32,000 bases of DNA from Methanocaldococcus jannaschii DSM 2661 (GTDB lineage Archaea > AGJL01 > Methanococci > Methanococcales > Methanocaldococcaceae): positions 293,538 to 325,537 of the forward strand of contig NC_000909.1 in the NCBI RefSeq assembly GCF_000091665.1, written 5' to 3'. Position numbers and translations under genes: made by a program. A model generated the notes under the pieces. It did not search any database. It saw only the letters and a program-made list of their open reading frames with translations, and was not told the DNA's origin. Position 1 is the first letter of the stretch. Each line of letters starts with the position of its first letter. Shown here in pieces: positions 20,234 to 29,161 of this stretch.

Positions 20234-20381
20234 TGATGCAACAGAGCTTTATTTTGTTTGTAAATTTTTAAGAATCCCCCCGAGTGAAGCGATAAAGCTA
20301 AATAAGATGGATTACAATATAATATTAGGATTTGCAATTAGAGAAATGAAAGATAAGTTAAAATATGGGGGGATTCTATGA
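20193..20381 (+). CDS. +1-frame extension of the chaperone. Predicted GT-like fusion product is 19871..20209 joined to 20211..20381.
   Basis: The frame is open for 62 codons with no credible start of its own, and ends 3 nt into the next gene. The -1 frame is closed by several stops. UUU-CGC lies in the overlap zone. Confidence 0.45.
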   Translation, partial: TRINPFAIEWALSDDATELYFVCKFLRIPPSEAIKLNKMDYNIILGFAIREMKDKLKYGGIL

Positions 20382-20749
20382 GATGGCTCACACCATTCGG
20401 TATGTTGTTCATAAGTGGAACATACTATGGACTAATATTTTTTGGTTTAATTATGGAGGTTATTCATAATGCATTGATTAGCTTAGTCTTAGCATTTTTT
20501 GTAGTATTCGCATGGGATTTGGTTTTATCCCTAATATATGGTTTAAGATTTGTTAAAGAGGGGGATTATATAGCTTTGGACTGGGATGGTCAGTTCCCTG
20601 ACTGCTATGGATTGTTTGCAAGCACGTGCCTTTCAGCAGTGATTTGGACATATACAGATTCATTGTTGTTAGGTTTAATTGTCCCAGTCATCATTGTATT
20701 CTTAGGAAAGCAATTAATGCGTGGATTGTATGAAAAAATTAAAAGTTGA
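20378..20749 (+). CDS. 4-TM membrane protein embedded in the tail module
   Basis: TM segments FGMLFISGTYYGLIFFGLIM, LISLVLAFFVVFAWDLVLSLIYGL, LFASTCLSAVIWTY and LLLGLIVPVIIVFLG. Confidence 0.6.
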   Translation: MRWLTPFGMLFISGTYYGLIFFGLIMEVIHNALISLVLAFFVVFAWDLVLSLIYGLRFVKEGDYIALDWDGQFPDCYGLFASTCLSAVIWTYTDSLLLGLIVPVIIVFLGKQLMRGLYEKIKS

Positions 20750-23270
20750 AGGAACGTTAGAATTGAACTTGGATGATAAGGATGTAAGGAAAAATCTAAA
20801 ATCATTAGAAAAAATAAAATCAAAATTAGAGATAGAGAGCAATATCAACGCAGTAATTAAGCAGTTGGATGAGTTAAAAAATGTCAAATCAGAAGTTGAA
20901 TTTAAGAGCAATATAAATATGATAATTAGAGAGTTGGAAGAGATAGAGGCAGATGCCTCAAAAATGAACATAAACTTTGATTATGACTTATCAAAACTAA
21001 AAAGTGAATTGGAACAATTGAAAAACACAAAAATAGATATTAAAACAAATACAGACCAGATATTAAAACAAATCAATAAAATAAAAAGTGAATTATCCGA
21101 AAAACAAACAATTAGGGCAAAGGTTGAAGTGGATAGGACAGAATGGGATAAACTAAAGAAGGAATGGTCTGAAAAATATCACATAAACGCAATTGCAGAT
21201 GTGGCAAGTGTAGGGACTGCATACATGGGGATTTCCGACGCTGAAAAATACAACGAACTAATGACAATTTTAAGAGAAAGGGGCTTAACTAAAGACCAAG
21301 CAGAGAGATTAATACAAATCGGCTTATATAACGGCTATTCTTTAGATGAAATTAGAGACGGGATTGTATATTCCAATGAGGCGGTTTTAAAGTTGGCAGC
21401 ATCAAACGATAAATATGCAGCTCAAATATTAGCAGCAATGGCAATGGCTGAAAGAGGAGGAGAACCTGGAGCTGATGATATAGCAAGGATGATTTCAGCA
21501 CTAACAGCAATGGGAAAATCAAATGAAGAAATAATGAAAATGGTGAATGCTGAAGTTTTAGAAATGAAGCAAGGGCATACAGAAGTTGCAGAAGCAATTA
21601 GGGAATTCAGCATAACTATGGGAGATACCTTAGACCCTGAGAAATTTGCATCTATATTAATTCAAGCACAGGCAGCTGGAGCTCAAGATGTTGGACAGTT
21701 GGCAGAGGCAATAAATGATTTGGCATTAAACTCAAGACAGATGGGATTTGATGTTGAAAAAGCATTGAGGGAAATTCAAAAAACAAAAGATGATAAAACA
21801 TTAGCTGAGTTAGCAAAAAAGTATGGCTTAACTTATGAACAAATAGTTAAAATTCATGATTATTTACAGAGAGTGGATTTAGATAAGGGCTTGCCAGACA
21901 ATACCAACGAATTGGATAGGTTAATAAGCATAAATAAAGACCAAAAGGGTATTTTAGAAACAATTAAGCAGGATATTGAGGGCTGGTTAGCAGGTCATGG
22001 ATATTTGCAATATGGGGCAGAGCTTGGAGTAGGTCTTGGAGGTCTTGGAAAAATACTTGAAATAGCAATTGGTGCAGCAATTGGTTCTGCATTAAAAGAT
22101 GCTTTTGGTGAAATTAAATCCACATTATTTGGTAAAATTAGTTTGGATAATTTAAAACTTCCAGAACTCTCAAAAATCAAATTACCTGTTGATTTAGAAA
22201 TCCCAAAAATTCCAAAAATTAGCATGCCTAAAATTAAACTTCCAGTTGATTTAAAACTTCCAAAAATCCCAAAAATCAACATACCAAAAATTAACCTACC
22301 AAACGTCTCTGGATTATCTAATGCATTTAAGGGCTTAGGTGAAGCTGTTAGGTTTGCCGGAAGAGCTTTCGGATTTTTGTCAGTTGTTGTAGAGCCAGTA
22401 AAACAACTATTGGAAGGAGATATACAAGGAGCTATAGAGCATTTAAAAGTTGGGCTTATTGAATTAGCGGCTTGGCCTGTTGCATTGGGTGAAGCATTAG
22501 CAGCTGTTACATTAGCAGTTGGTGATTTCTTAGGATTGTTTGATTTAGATGGGGACTCACCATTATCCGCTGCAAGAGCTGGAATTCTAACACTCTTGGC
22601 AGCATTTGAATCAATATATAGTTTTATTACTGGTGATTGGAGCGTTGTTCAAAATACATTACAAGAGGCATTTGAAGAGTTAGGGATGAAAGAAGATGAA
22701 GCCAGACAAGCAGCTGAAAACTTAGCTCAGCAATGGCAACAATTACCTCAGCAAATATTAGATGCATTTAATGGTTTTGTTGATAACATTAAACAAACAT
22801 TTGATGAATGGTGGAATGGATTGAATGAATGGTGGTCTCAAAAAATAGAAGAAGCTAAGAACTGGGGTAGTGATTTGATTCAAAATATAATTGATGGAAT
22901 AAAAGAGAAATTTTCAGAGTTGGAGAATGCTGTAAGTCAAGCTGCGGGTATTATCTCCAGTTACTTACATCACACCACTCCAGATGTAGGGCCATTAAAA
23001 GACGACGATAAATGGGGAATCCATTTTATGGAAAACATTATTGGTGGAATTAGAAAAGAAATTCCTAACTTAAAGAAAACTATTGATTATACTGCTAAAC
23101 TGATGAGCTCCGCGAATCCTAAAAATTGGAAAATTCAACAAGTAGGAATAACACACAGCACATCTTACTCTTATGGAGATATACACATAAATGTAGTTGG
23201 AAATAGCTTTAATGAGCATCAATTAGCTCAAAAAATTGCTTTGATTTTGAAAAAACAAAGGTTTAGATGA
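20730..23270 (+). CDS. tape measure protein
   Basis: About 846 aa, the largest tail gene. N-terminal coiled-coil repeats, central Gly/Ala-rich hydrophobic segments, and position after the chaperone. Confidence 0.75.
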   Translation: MKKLKVEGTLELNLDDKDVRKNLKSLEKIKSKLEIESNINAVIKQLDELKNVKSEVEFKSNINMIIRELEEIEADASKMNINFDYDLSKLKSELEQLKNTKIDIKTNTDQILKQINKIKSELSEKQTIRAKVEVDRTEWDKLKKEWSEKYHINAIADVASVGTAYMGISDAEKYNELMTILRERGLTKDQAERLIQIGLYNGYSLDEIRDGIVYSNEAVLKLAASNDKYAAQILAAMAMAERGGEPGADDIARMISALTAMGKSNEEIMKMVNAEVLEMKQGHTEVAEAIREFSITMGDTLDPEKFASILIQAQAAGAQDVGQLAEAINDLALNSRQMGFDVEKALREIQKTKDDKTLAELAKKYGLTYEQIVKIHDYLQRVDLDKGLPDNTNELDRLISINKDQKGILETIKQDIEGWLAGHGYLQYGAELGVGLGGLGKILEIAIGAAIGSALKDAFGEIKSTLFGKISLDNLKLPELSKIKLPVDLEIPKIPKISMPKIKLPVDLKLPKIPKINIPKINLPNVSGLSNAFKGLGEAVRFAGRAFGFLSVVVEPVKQLLEGDIQGAIEHLKVGLIELAAWPVALGEALAAVTLAVGDFLGLFDLDGDSPLSAARAGILTLLAAFESIYSFITGDWSVVQNTLQEAFEELGMKEDEARQAAENLAQQWQQLPQQILDAFNGFVDNIKQTFDEWWNGLNEWWSQKIEEAKNWGSDLIQNIIDGIKEKFSELENAVSQAAGIISSYLHHTTPDVGPLKDDDKWGIHFMENIIGGIRKEIPNLKKTIDYTAKLMSSANPKNWKIQQVGITHSTSYSYGDIHINVVGNSFNEHQLAQKIALILKKQRFR
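22179..22304 (+). repeat. in-frame tandem repeat inside the tape measure gene
   Basis: KLPVDLEIPKIPKI (22179-22220) and KLPVDLKLPKIPKI (22236-22277), followed by NIPKINLPN. Confidence 0.8.
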
Positions 23271-23279
23271 GGTGATATT

Positions 23280-23822
23280 ATGGCCGTACTTGCATCATCC
23301 ACAGAACCAGAACCTACAGAGTCATTACTACAACAAACTAATGAATTATTAATTATTGGCAAAGGAGCTATAGTTTATAAAGAATTCACTACTGGGGTAG
23401 ATGCGAGAATTATAGACTCTCAAACGATAGGAATAGGGATTCCATTTAATTATTATCCGTTTATGTGTATGGTATTAGATGATGCAGGTAATGGAATACC
23501 AATGCAAGAATTTACTTCAGCACCTGGCAGTTTAACTGTAAAAGTAGCAGCAACATTGGACTCTACAAAAACTTATAAAATAATTGCATTTTTGATTGGA
23601 GACTCAATGAAAATAATAACATCCATTCAAAGTCAATCTGGAACTGTCACTGAGATTGCTCCAGGATTTGGAATATTTAAAGTCATTTACAATGACACTG
23701 AGGGAACTGACACACTAACAATAAATTATGATGATGGAACCAGTGAAACAATAACAGTTGATAAAAGTAACTTATGGACTGTGTTACCAATGCAACTACC
23801 AGATGCAGAAAGGGTAGCATAG
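23280..23822 (+). CDS. distal-tail-protein-position ORF (180 aa)
   Basis: Immediately follows the tape measure gene. Confidence 0.45.
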   Translation: MAVLASSTEPEPTESLLQQTNELLIIGKGAIVYKEFTTGVDARIIDSQTIGIGIPFNYYPFMCMVLDDAGNGIPMQEFTSAPGSLTVKVAATLDSTKTYKIIAFLIGDSMKIITSIQSQSGTVTEIAPGFGIFKVIYNDTEGTDTLTINYDDGTSETITVDKSNLWTVLPMQLPDAERVA

Positions 23823-23833
23823 TGGTGATTGTT

Positions 23834-24727
23834 ATGCCTCCTCTAATCTCAAACAATACTTTTTTTTTGATGAATACTACAAACGATGGCAATGGTGGCA
23901 GTGTTAGTTACGATTATCCACTTTTATCCAATCAAAACTCACTGATAACTAACACAACGAACAATTTAACTTCAGACTCAACAAACACCGACATTTCTAA
24001 TGAAACTCCAATACTGTCCAACAATACTCCAATTCTAATGAATACACCAACTAATCCAAATTCAGATTCTGATACTACAACTCCTACTGTTGTTTCACAT
24101 ACAGTTGAATTAATCACCGAAGAGAAAAAAGTCATCTCAAAAATAGTTTATTCAGATGGAACAGAAGATGTGAAAGAGTTGGATTTAACCGATTTCTACA
24201 ATAGTGCTTACAATGAAGGATATTCTGCAGGTGTGAATTCAGTTGATTTTAGTAAAACAGGTTACATAATTGAAAATGGAATTATCAAAGTAACAACTAC
24301 ACTAACTAATGGAAAATCACAAGAATATAACATTACTCTTGATGAAAACTTAGTTGTTAGTTTATATAACCAAATAATGGCTAATAAAAGTAGCTGTTTC
24401 CAAATTAGACAGAATGAAACAGAATACAGCTTTTTAGTTGAAAGTAGGCAATATCAACCACAACCAAACTTAGCATATCAACCAGCCGTAGATGGAACGC
24501 CAGTTTATGAAGTGTTAGGACAGGAACAAAAAACTTGGAGTTTCACTCTTTATGTTGATTCAATTCCAAAAATGCAATTCTTACAACAGTTAGCAAGTAA
24601 TCCCCTGATAGAAGTTTATTTTGATGAGATTGGTGATTGGAAACAGGCTTTAATTCAGAGTATTTCCTTGTCAAGGATAACTACTGGACATTATTATGCT
24701 GATATTGAACTTATAATTTTAGAATAA
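23834..24727 (+). CDS. tail/baseplate protein with an Asn/Thr/Ser-rich N-terminal region
   Basis: ATG at 23834 after GGTGA. The first ~90 aa are low complexity with at least six N-X-S/T sequons. Confidence 0.55.
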   Translation: MPPLISNNTFFLMNTTNDGNGGSVSYDYPLLSNQNSLITNTTNNLTSDSTNTDISNETPILSNNTPILMNTPTNPNSDSDTTTPTVVSHTVELITEEKKVISKIVYSDGTEDVKELDLTDFYNSAYNEGYSAGVNSVDFSKTGYIIENGIIKVTTTLTNGKSQEYNITLDENLVVSLYNQIMANKSSCFQIRQNETEYSFLVESRQYQPQPNLAYQPAVDGTPVYEVLGQEQKTWSFTLYVDSIPKMQFLQQLASNPLIEVYFDEIGDWKQALIQSISLSRITTGHYYADIELIILE

Positions 24728-24736
24728 GGTGATAAA

Positions 24737-25042
24737 ATGGAAGACATGATTACTCTTACAGACGAAAGAAAGACAGTCAAATTTGAAAATCTTCCAGAAA
24801 TTTATGTTAGAGTTCATGATGAAGCCAAAGGTTTAGTTTTAACTGTTAAGAATCCTTACGATACGGATGTATATGCTAAAGTGTATTATGCTCCTGATGG
24901 AGAAAATTATGACACTGTAACTTCTGAAGTTGTTAAATACGATTACCAAGCACAAAAAACAGAATTAATACCCATTAAGCACCCATATATGAAAATATCA
25001 TTTGATTCTGCTGTTTCAGGGTGGGTGTCATATATAAAATAA
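24737..25042 (+). CDS. small tail-module protein (101 aa)
   Basis: AGGTGA RBS. Lies in the operon. Confidence 0.5.
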   Translation: MEDMITLTDERKTVKFENLPEIYVRVHDEAKGLVLTVKNPYDTDVYAKVYYAPDGENYDTVTSEVVKYDYQAQKTELIPIKHPYMKISFDSAVSGWVSYIK

Positions 25043-25052
25043 AGGTGATACT

Positions 25053-25508
25053 ATGGGATTTGACCCAGTAACTTTTGCAAAAATAAAGAAAATTTCAATA
25101 GATTCAAATGCAGATGGATACATCGACTACGCAAATCAGGCAGGAAATGCTGATAAGTTAGACGGAAAAGATGCATCAGATTTTTTATCAATTGATTCAT
25201 TTAAAGATTTAAAAGAAGATAATGGATACATAAAATTTCCAACGGGGCTTATTATGCAGTGGGGGAAGGTTTATGTCAATAATACCACATCATATCAAGA
25301 AATTCCTGTAAATTTTACCATTGAATTCCCGAACAAATGTCTAAACGTATTTGCATCAATATATGAGGGTTCTGGAGTTGATAATGACTATATCAAATGT
25401 ATAACAAGAATTGCAAACATTACAACTAAAGGGTGTGTTGTTTGTATTACAGATATCAGTGGTGCAAGTGGAGATGTAGGATTTTTCTGGTTTGCAATAG
25501 GATATTAA
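25053..25508 (+). CDS. tail-fibre-like protein (gp53-like C-terminal receptor-binding-type domain)
   Basis: AGNADKLDGKDASDF motif, common in phage fibre proteins. GLIMQWGKV... with FFWFAIGY at the C-terminus. Confidence 0.55.
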   Translation: MGFDPVTFAKIKKISIDSNADGYIDYANQAGNADKLDGKDASDFLSIDSFKDLKEDNGYIKFPTGLIMQWGKVYVNNTTSYQEIPVNFTIEFPNKCLNVFASIYEGSGVDNDYIKCITRIANITTKGCVVCITDISGASGDVGFFWFAIGY

Positions 25509-25525
25509 AGTATATGGTGTAAAGT

Positions 25526-26077
25526 ATGAAAACAATTGTCATAGATAAATCAATGTCCGTAGATATAGAGTATTCAATTAATGCCATTGACCAGTGTAAT
25601 ATAACTTCATTGAAAGATTTACAAATCCAACCTTTTGACCAATGTATTATACTTTGGAATGATAAAATAATTTTCAGAGGATATTGCATTGATGCAAGAT
25701 TATCACAGAGTTTTGGACAGCAACAGTATGAATATACTATTAACAGCCCCCTCTGGATTCTAAGCCAGCAAAAAACTACGGCAAAAACTACATTTTTACA
25801 GATTTTCTTAAAAGAGTGTTGCAATTTATGTAATTTGGAACTGGATTATCAATTAGATTCAAATCCACTGATTTACATTGAAGAAAGTAGTTATTTTGAT
25901 GCATTAAAAAAGTGCATACTTTATACAAAAAACTACAATACAAGATTTTACGTTGATTATGAATACAATTCATTAATTTTTACAGATAAAATTTCAGGAC
26001 AACATCCAAAAGAAGAGAAAGTTGTCGGTTATGAATTTGAATGGGATACTGAGATTATAAACCAAGTAAGGTGGTAA
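25526..26077 (+). CDS. baseplate/tail-tip component candidate (183 aa)
   Basis: Operon position only. Confidence 0.4.
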   Translation: MKTIVIDKSMSVDIEYSINAIDQCNITSLKDLQIQPFDQCIILWNDKIIFRGYCIDARLSQSFGQQQYEYTINSPLWILSQQKTTAKTTFLQIFLKECCNLCNLELDYQLDSNPLIYIEESSYFDALKKCILYTKNYNTRFYVDYEYNSLIFTDKISGQHPKEEKVVGYEFEWDTEIINQVRW

Positions 26078-26079
26078 TA

Positions 26080-28458
26080 ATGCCCTTTGTTCATTACATT
26101 GATGAAGAAAATTTCGATGATAAATTAAAAGAATGGACACTTGGTTTGAACAGTGATTATGTGAATCCTTATGATTCTGGTGAGACACAATACATTAACA
26201 GTAATTACCCCTGGCCAGCCAATATAAACAGTTTATCATCCAAAATATGCGAAATGGGTCTAATTGAGATGGATGGAGTTGAAATTAGGAGTGTTCCACT
26301 TCACTGGGTATCTACAGTATCAGTTCCAACAGCTCCAAGTTCATCCTTTGTTTTCAATATCCCATCGATGTTCCAGGAATGTATGTATGAATGTCATATT
26401 TACAATCTACCACCTGATGCAGGCGTCACTGCTACATATAATGCATATTTTGACAACAATTTTCCAATTCCATACAAATACACTCTTACCATACAAACAT
26501 CTGCTGATGATATGTTTAATAATCAAGATTACAAAATTTGGATGAATGGAACATGGGGGCCGAGTTTTCATATACCTGAAAGTGGGACTAAAATCCTTGA
26601 GTTTCCAATTAAGTATGGAAAATTGAATATATCATTTGGTATCTCTGGAAGTTCTCTCACTGTAACTCTAATGTGGATTATTGAGAATAACAATATAAAC
26701 GACTTCTTTGACCCAGATACGGAGGATTATTGGCAATTGATAGGGCGGAACATCAACATTGTCTTTGGTAACTTCCTACCAAAACACTTCCCAAGAGGTT
26801 ACATCAATCCAATTCAAAACCGAACATATTTGGAGAAAAGAATACTTAACACTGGTGATGCGAGTAACCCAACCACAATAGAATACCTTTGGGGGTCTGT
26901 AACTCTTCTTCCTGATTTAGAAAGTTGGCAGTTTTATGACGATAAGGGTAACTCTGTAGATTCAAAATATGCCACAATCAGTGATGATGGATATGTTAGT
27001 ATTTATTATGAGGAAATGATAAAAGATGGCTACTTCCCAAAGGCAATATATCTCTGGACTGTTCATAAAGAGTCATATCTTGAAGCTGAACCAAGCATTG
27101 GAACCTTTGAACGTAATGAAGAATCTGGGGTGTCAGAAAGATGTGATTTTGACATTATCGCATTCAAAAAGAAATATACGGGCAACTTATTAACTTGCGT
27201 TCCTCTTATTGTGTATTTTAGACCTTGTGAAGTTCCATTGGGAGATATTAACAAATGGGGCTGGCAACCATACATTTACTACTTTGACACTTACAACGTC
27301 AAACCATACTGTGAAAAGTTCATCGTAAGACCCAAGTGTATATGTTATAGGAATTCCGACCCAAATGAAAAAACAATCACATTCGACATAGAATATGAGA
27401 TAAATGTGGATACTAAATACTTGGGTTGGTTCCAACCTGAACTTAGATTATATTATGGCGGTGTTTTAGTAGATTCAAAAACTGGAGATGTAAGCAATTT
27501 CACTTACACATTTAGAATGCCACAAAATACCATTGAAACTTATGAAATGAAACTTTTTATTGGAGGAGTTGAGGTTGCGAAAGAACAAATAATAGTTGAA
27601 AGACAAAAATACTGTCATAGTTTATCAATTGAAGCAAAAACTTATGACAAAGAAGGAAATGAAACTGATAAATTCCCACATCCAACGAGTGCAGATTATG
27701 ATGAAAATAAACACTCTGAAATAATTGTTAAAATAAAAATAAAAGATGAGCAAGGCAATTATATTGATGTTCCAATTGAAAACATATTTATTAATTGGCA
27801 ATATCCTCTGAATAAAATAAACACTGGAATTTATGAAGTAAGAATACCAAACACTGCCGATAATGCACTGAATATTCAAGATTATGGAATTGCAATCTAT
27901 ATAGACAAAGATTGGTGCGATGAAAACGGCTATTACAACAAATACAACATTGAAGCCGAAAATGTAATAATAAATAGCGACAAAATAGAAAGAATTGGTT
28001 TGTGGAACTTTGAAGGAATAACTGGCTATGAAAATGGAACCACTTTACTAAATCAGGTTTATGAAACTGTATCTGGAACATTTGTAAATCCAATATGCGA
28101 ATTTAGTGTAGTAGAACAACTGAATGAAGACAGGGACTTAAAACAATATAGTTATTGTTATAGGATTTATGGCAGCCCAATGACGTTAAATTTACCAACT
28201 TATACTGATGATGAGTTAAAAGAACTCGCTAAGGCAATAGTTAGAGAAATGGGACAACCAAGGAAAATAGAAACCTTCACAATCCTAAGTAAAGAACTTC
28301 AAAAAATAAACAGTTCAATTACTGTAGATTATAATGGACAACTAATTTCAATGCCTGTATATTCTGTAAGATTCAGTTTAGAAAACTCGAACATTCAAAT
28401 TCAAATAAGAAACGACCAGTTAAAATTGTTGAAAGATTACTTATCATTAATTAAGTAA
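26080..28458 (+). CDS. large tail-tip / host-recognition candidate (792 aa)
   Basis: ATG at 26080 after AAGGTGG. Last and largest gene of the tail operon. No recognisable domain. Confidence 0.5.
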   Translation: MPFVHYIDEENFDDKLKEWTLGLNSDYVNPYDSGETQYINSNYPWPANINSLSSKICEMGLIEMDGVEIRSVPLHWVSTVSVPTAPSSSFVFNIPSMFQECMYECHIYNLPPDAGVTATYNAYFDNNFPIPYKYTLTIQTSADDMFNNQDYKIWMNGTWGPSFHIPESGTKILEFPIKYGKLNISFGISGSSLTVTLMWIIENNNINDFFDPDTEDYWQLIGRNINIVFGNFLPKHFPRGYINPIQNRTYLEKRILNTGDASNPTTIEYLWGSVTLLPDLESWQFYDDKGNSVDSKYATISDDGYVSIYYEEMIKDGYFPKAIYLWTVHKESYLEAEPSIGTFERNEESGVSERCDFDIIAFKKKYTGNLLTCVPLIVYFRPCEVPLGDINKWGWQPYIYYFDTYNVKPYCEKFIVRPKCICYRNSDPNEKTITFDIEYEINVDTKYLGWFQPELRLYYGGVLVDSKTGDVSNFTYTFRMPQNTIETYEMKLFIGGVEVAKEQIIVERQKYCHSLSIEAKTYDKEGNETDKFPHPTSADYDENKHSEIIVKIKIKDEQGNYIDVPIENIFINWQYPLNKINTGIYEVRIPNTADNALNIQDYGIAIYIDKDWCDENGYYNKYNIEAENVIINSDKIERIGLWNFEGITGYENGTTLLNQVYETVSGTFVNPICEFSVVEQLNEDRDLKQYSYCYRIYGSPMTLNLPTYTDDELKELAKAIVREMGQPRKIETFTILSKELQKINSSITVDYNGQLISMPVYSVRFSLENSNIQIQIRNDQLKLLKDYLSLIK

Positions 28459-28509
28459 ATTTAAATTAATAAATGTAAATTGGAATAAAAAATAAAAATC
28501 AATAAAAAA

Positions 28510-28827
28510 TCACTTAAATCCAAATAATAATTTTATCAACTCTATGGCATTAGGATTAGTTATAATTATAGCAAATAAGATTATCAAAGTGTGTATAATA
28601 AGCTTATATTCTAATTCTTTCTTAACCATTTCAATTTTCCCGTCTAAATATTTAATGTCTTCCTTTGTAGCCAATTCACCCCTCAACTCATCCTTTAATT
28701 CAGTTTTAACTGCAAGTTTTTCCTCTTTAACAATCTCTATAATTGCATTATACAACTCCTCTGCCTCTTTTTCATCCTTAACCTTTTTAAGTATCAACTC
28801 ATATAACTTAGCATAGGCAACTGCCAT
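28510..28827 (-). CDS. coiled-coil protein with C-terminal TM anchor (DUF1640-like)
   Basis: ELKDELRGELATKEDIKYLDGKIEMVKKELEYKL followed by IIHTLIILFAIIITNP. GGTGGTG RBS. Confidence 0.55.
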   Translation of the reverse strand: MAVAYAKLYELILKKVKDEKEAEELYNAIIEIVKEEKLAVKTELKDELRGELATKEDIKYLDGKIEMVKKELEYKLIIHTLIILFAIIITNPNAIELIKLLFGFK

Positions 28828-28874
28828 AACACCACCACGTAATCATTAATCTCTATTTTTAAGCTCAAAGTATA

Positions 28875-29141
28875 TTAAAGTTGTTCATTTGGTATCATTT
28901 CAACCTTCTCTTTTAAGTCCCTAATCGTCTCTTCATTAAACTTTATCATCTTAATACAATTCTCAATCTCAATCTTTAATAACTCTTCTGTTAATTTACA
29001 GCCCTTACCTCTAATTAAATATAAAGTTCTCTTATAATCAGCTATTTTATTTCTAAGCTTTAGATTTTCTCTTTTCAAATGATTTATTTTAATAATCAAC
29101 TCTATTCTCTCAGTTCTACAACCATGCCTAACTTTTGCCAT
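28875..29141 (-). CDS. coiled-coil protein (88 aa)
   Basis: GGTGA RBS. Heptad-rich sequence. Confidence 0.5.
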
Positions 29142-29161
29142 AGAATCACCAAAAAAAGAGT

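Noticed and set aside
20307-20381. Independent 24-aa gene starting at ATG 20307 in the chaperone/tape-measure gap
   Set aside because: It has no RBS. The frame is open for a further 38 codons upstream, back into the chaperone gene, which fits a frameshift extension better than a micro-ORF.
23774-23833. Upstream start (317-aa version) for the 23834-24727 gene
   Set aside because: It would overlap the preceding gene by 49 nt and has no RBS. The ATG at 23834 has a GGTGA RBS and sits just after the upstream stop.
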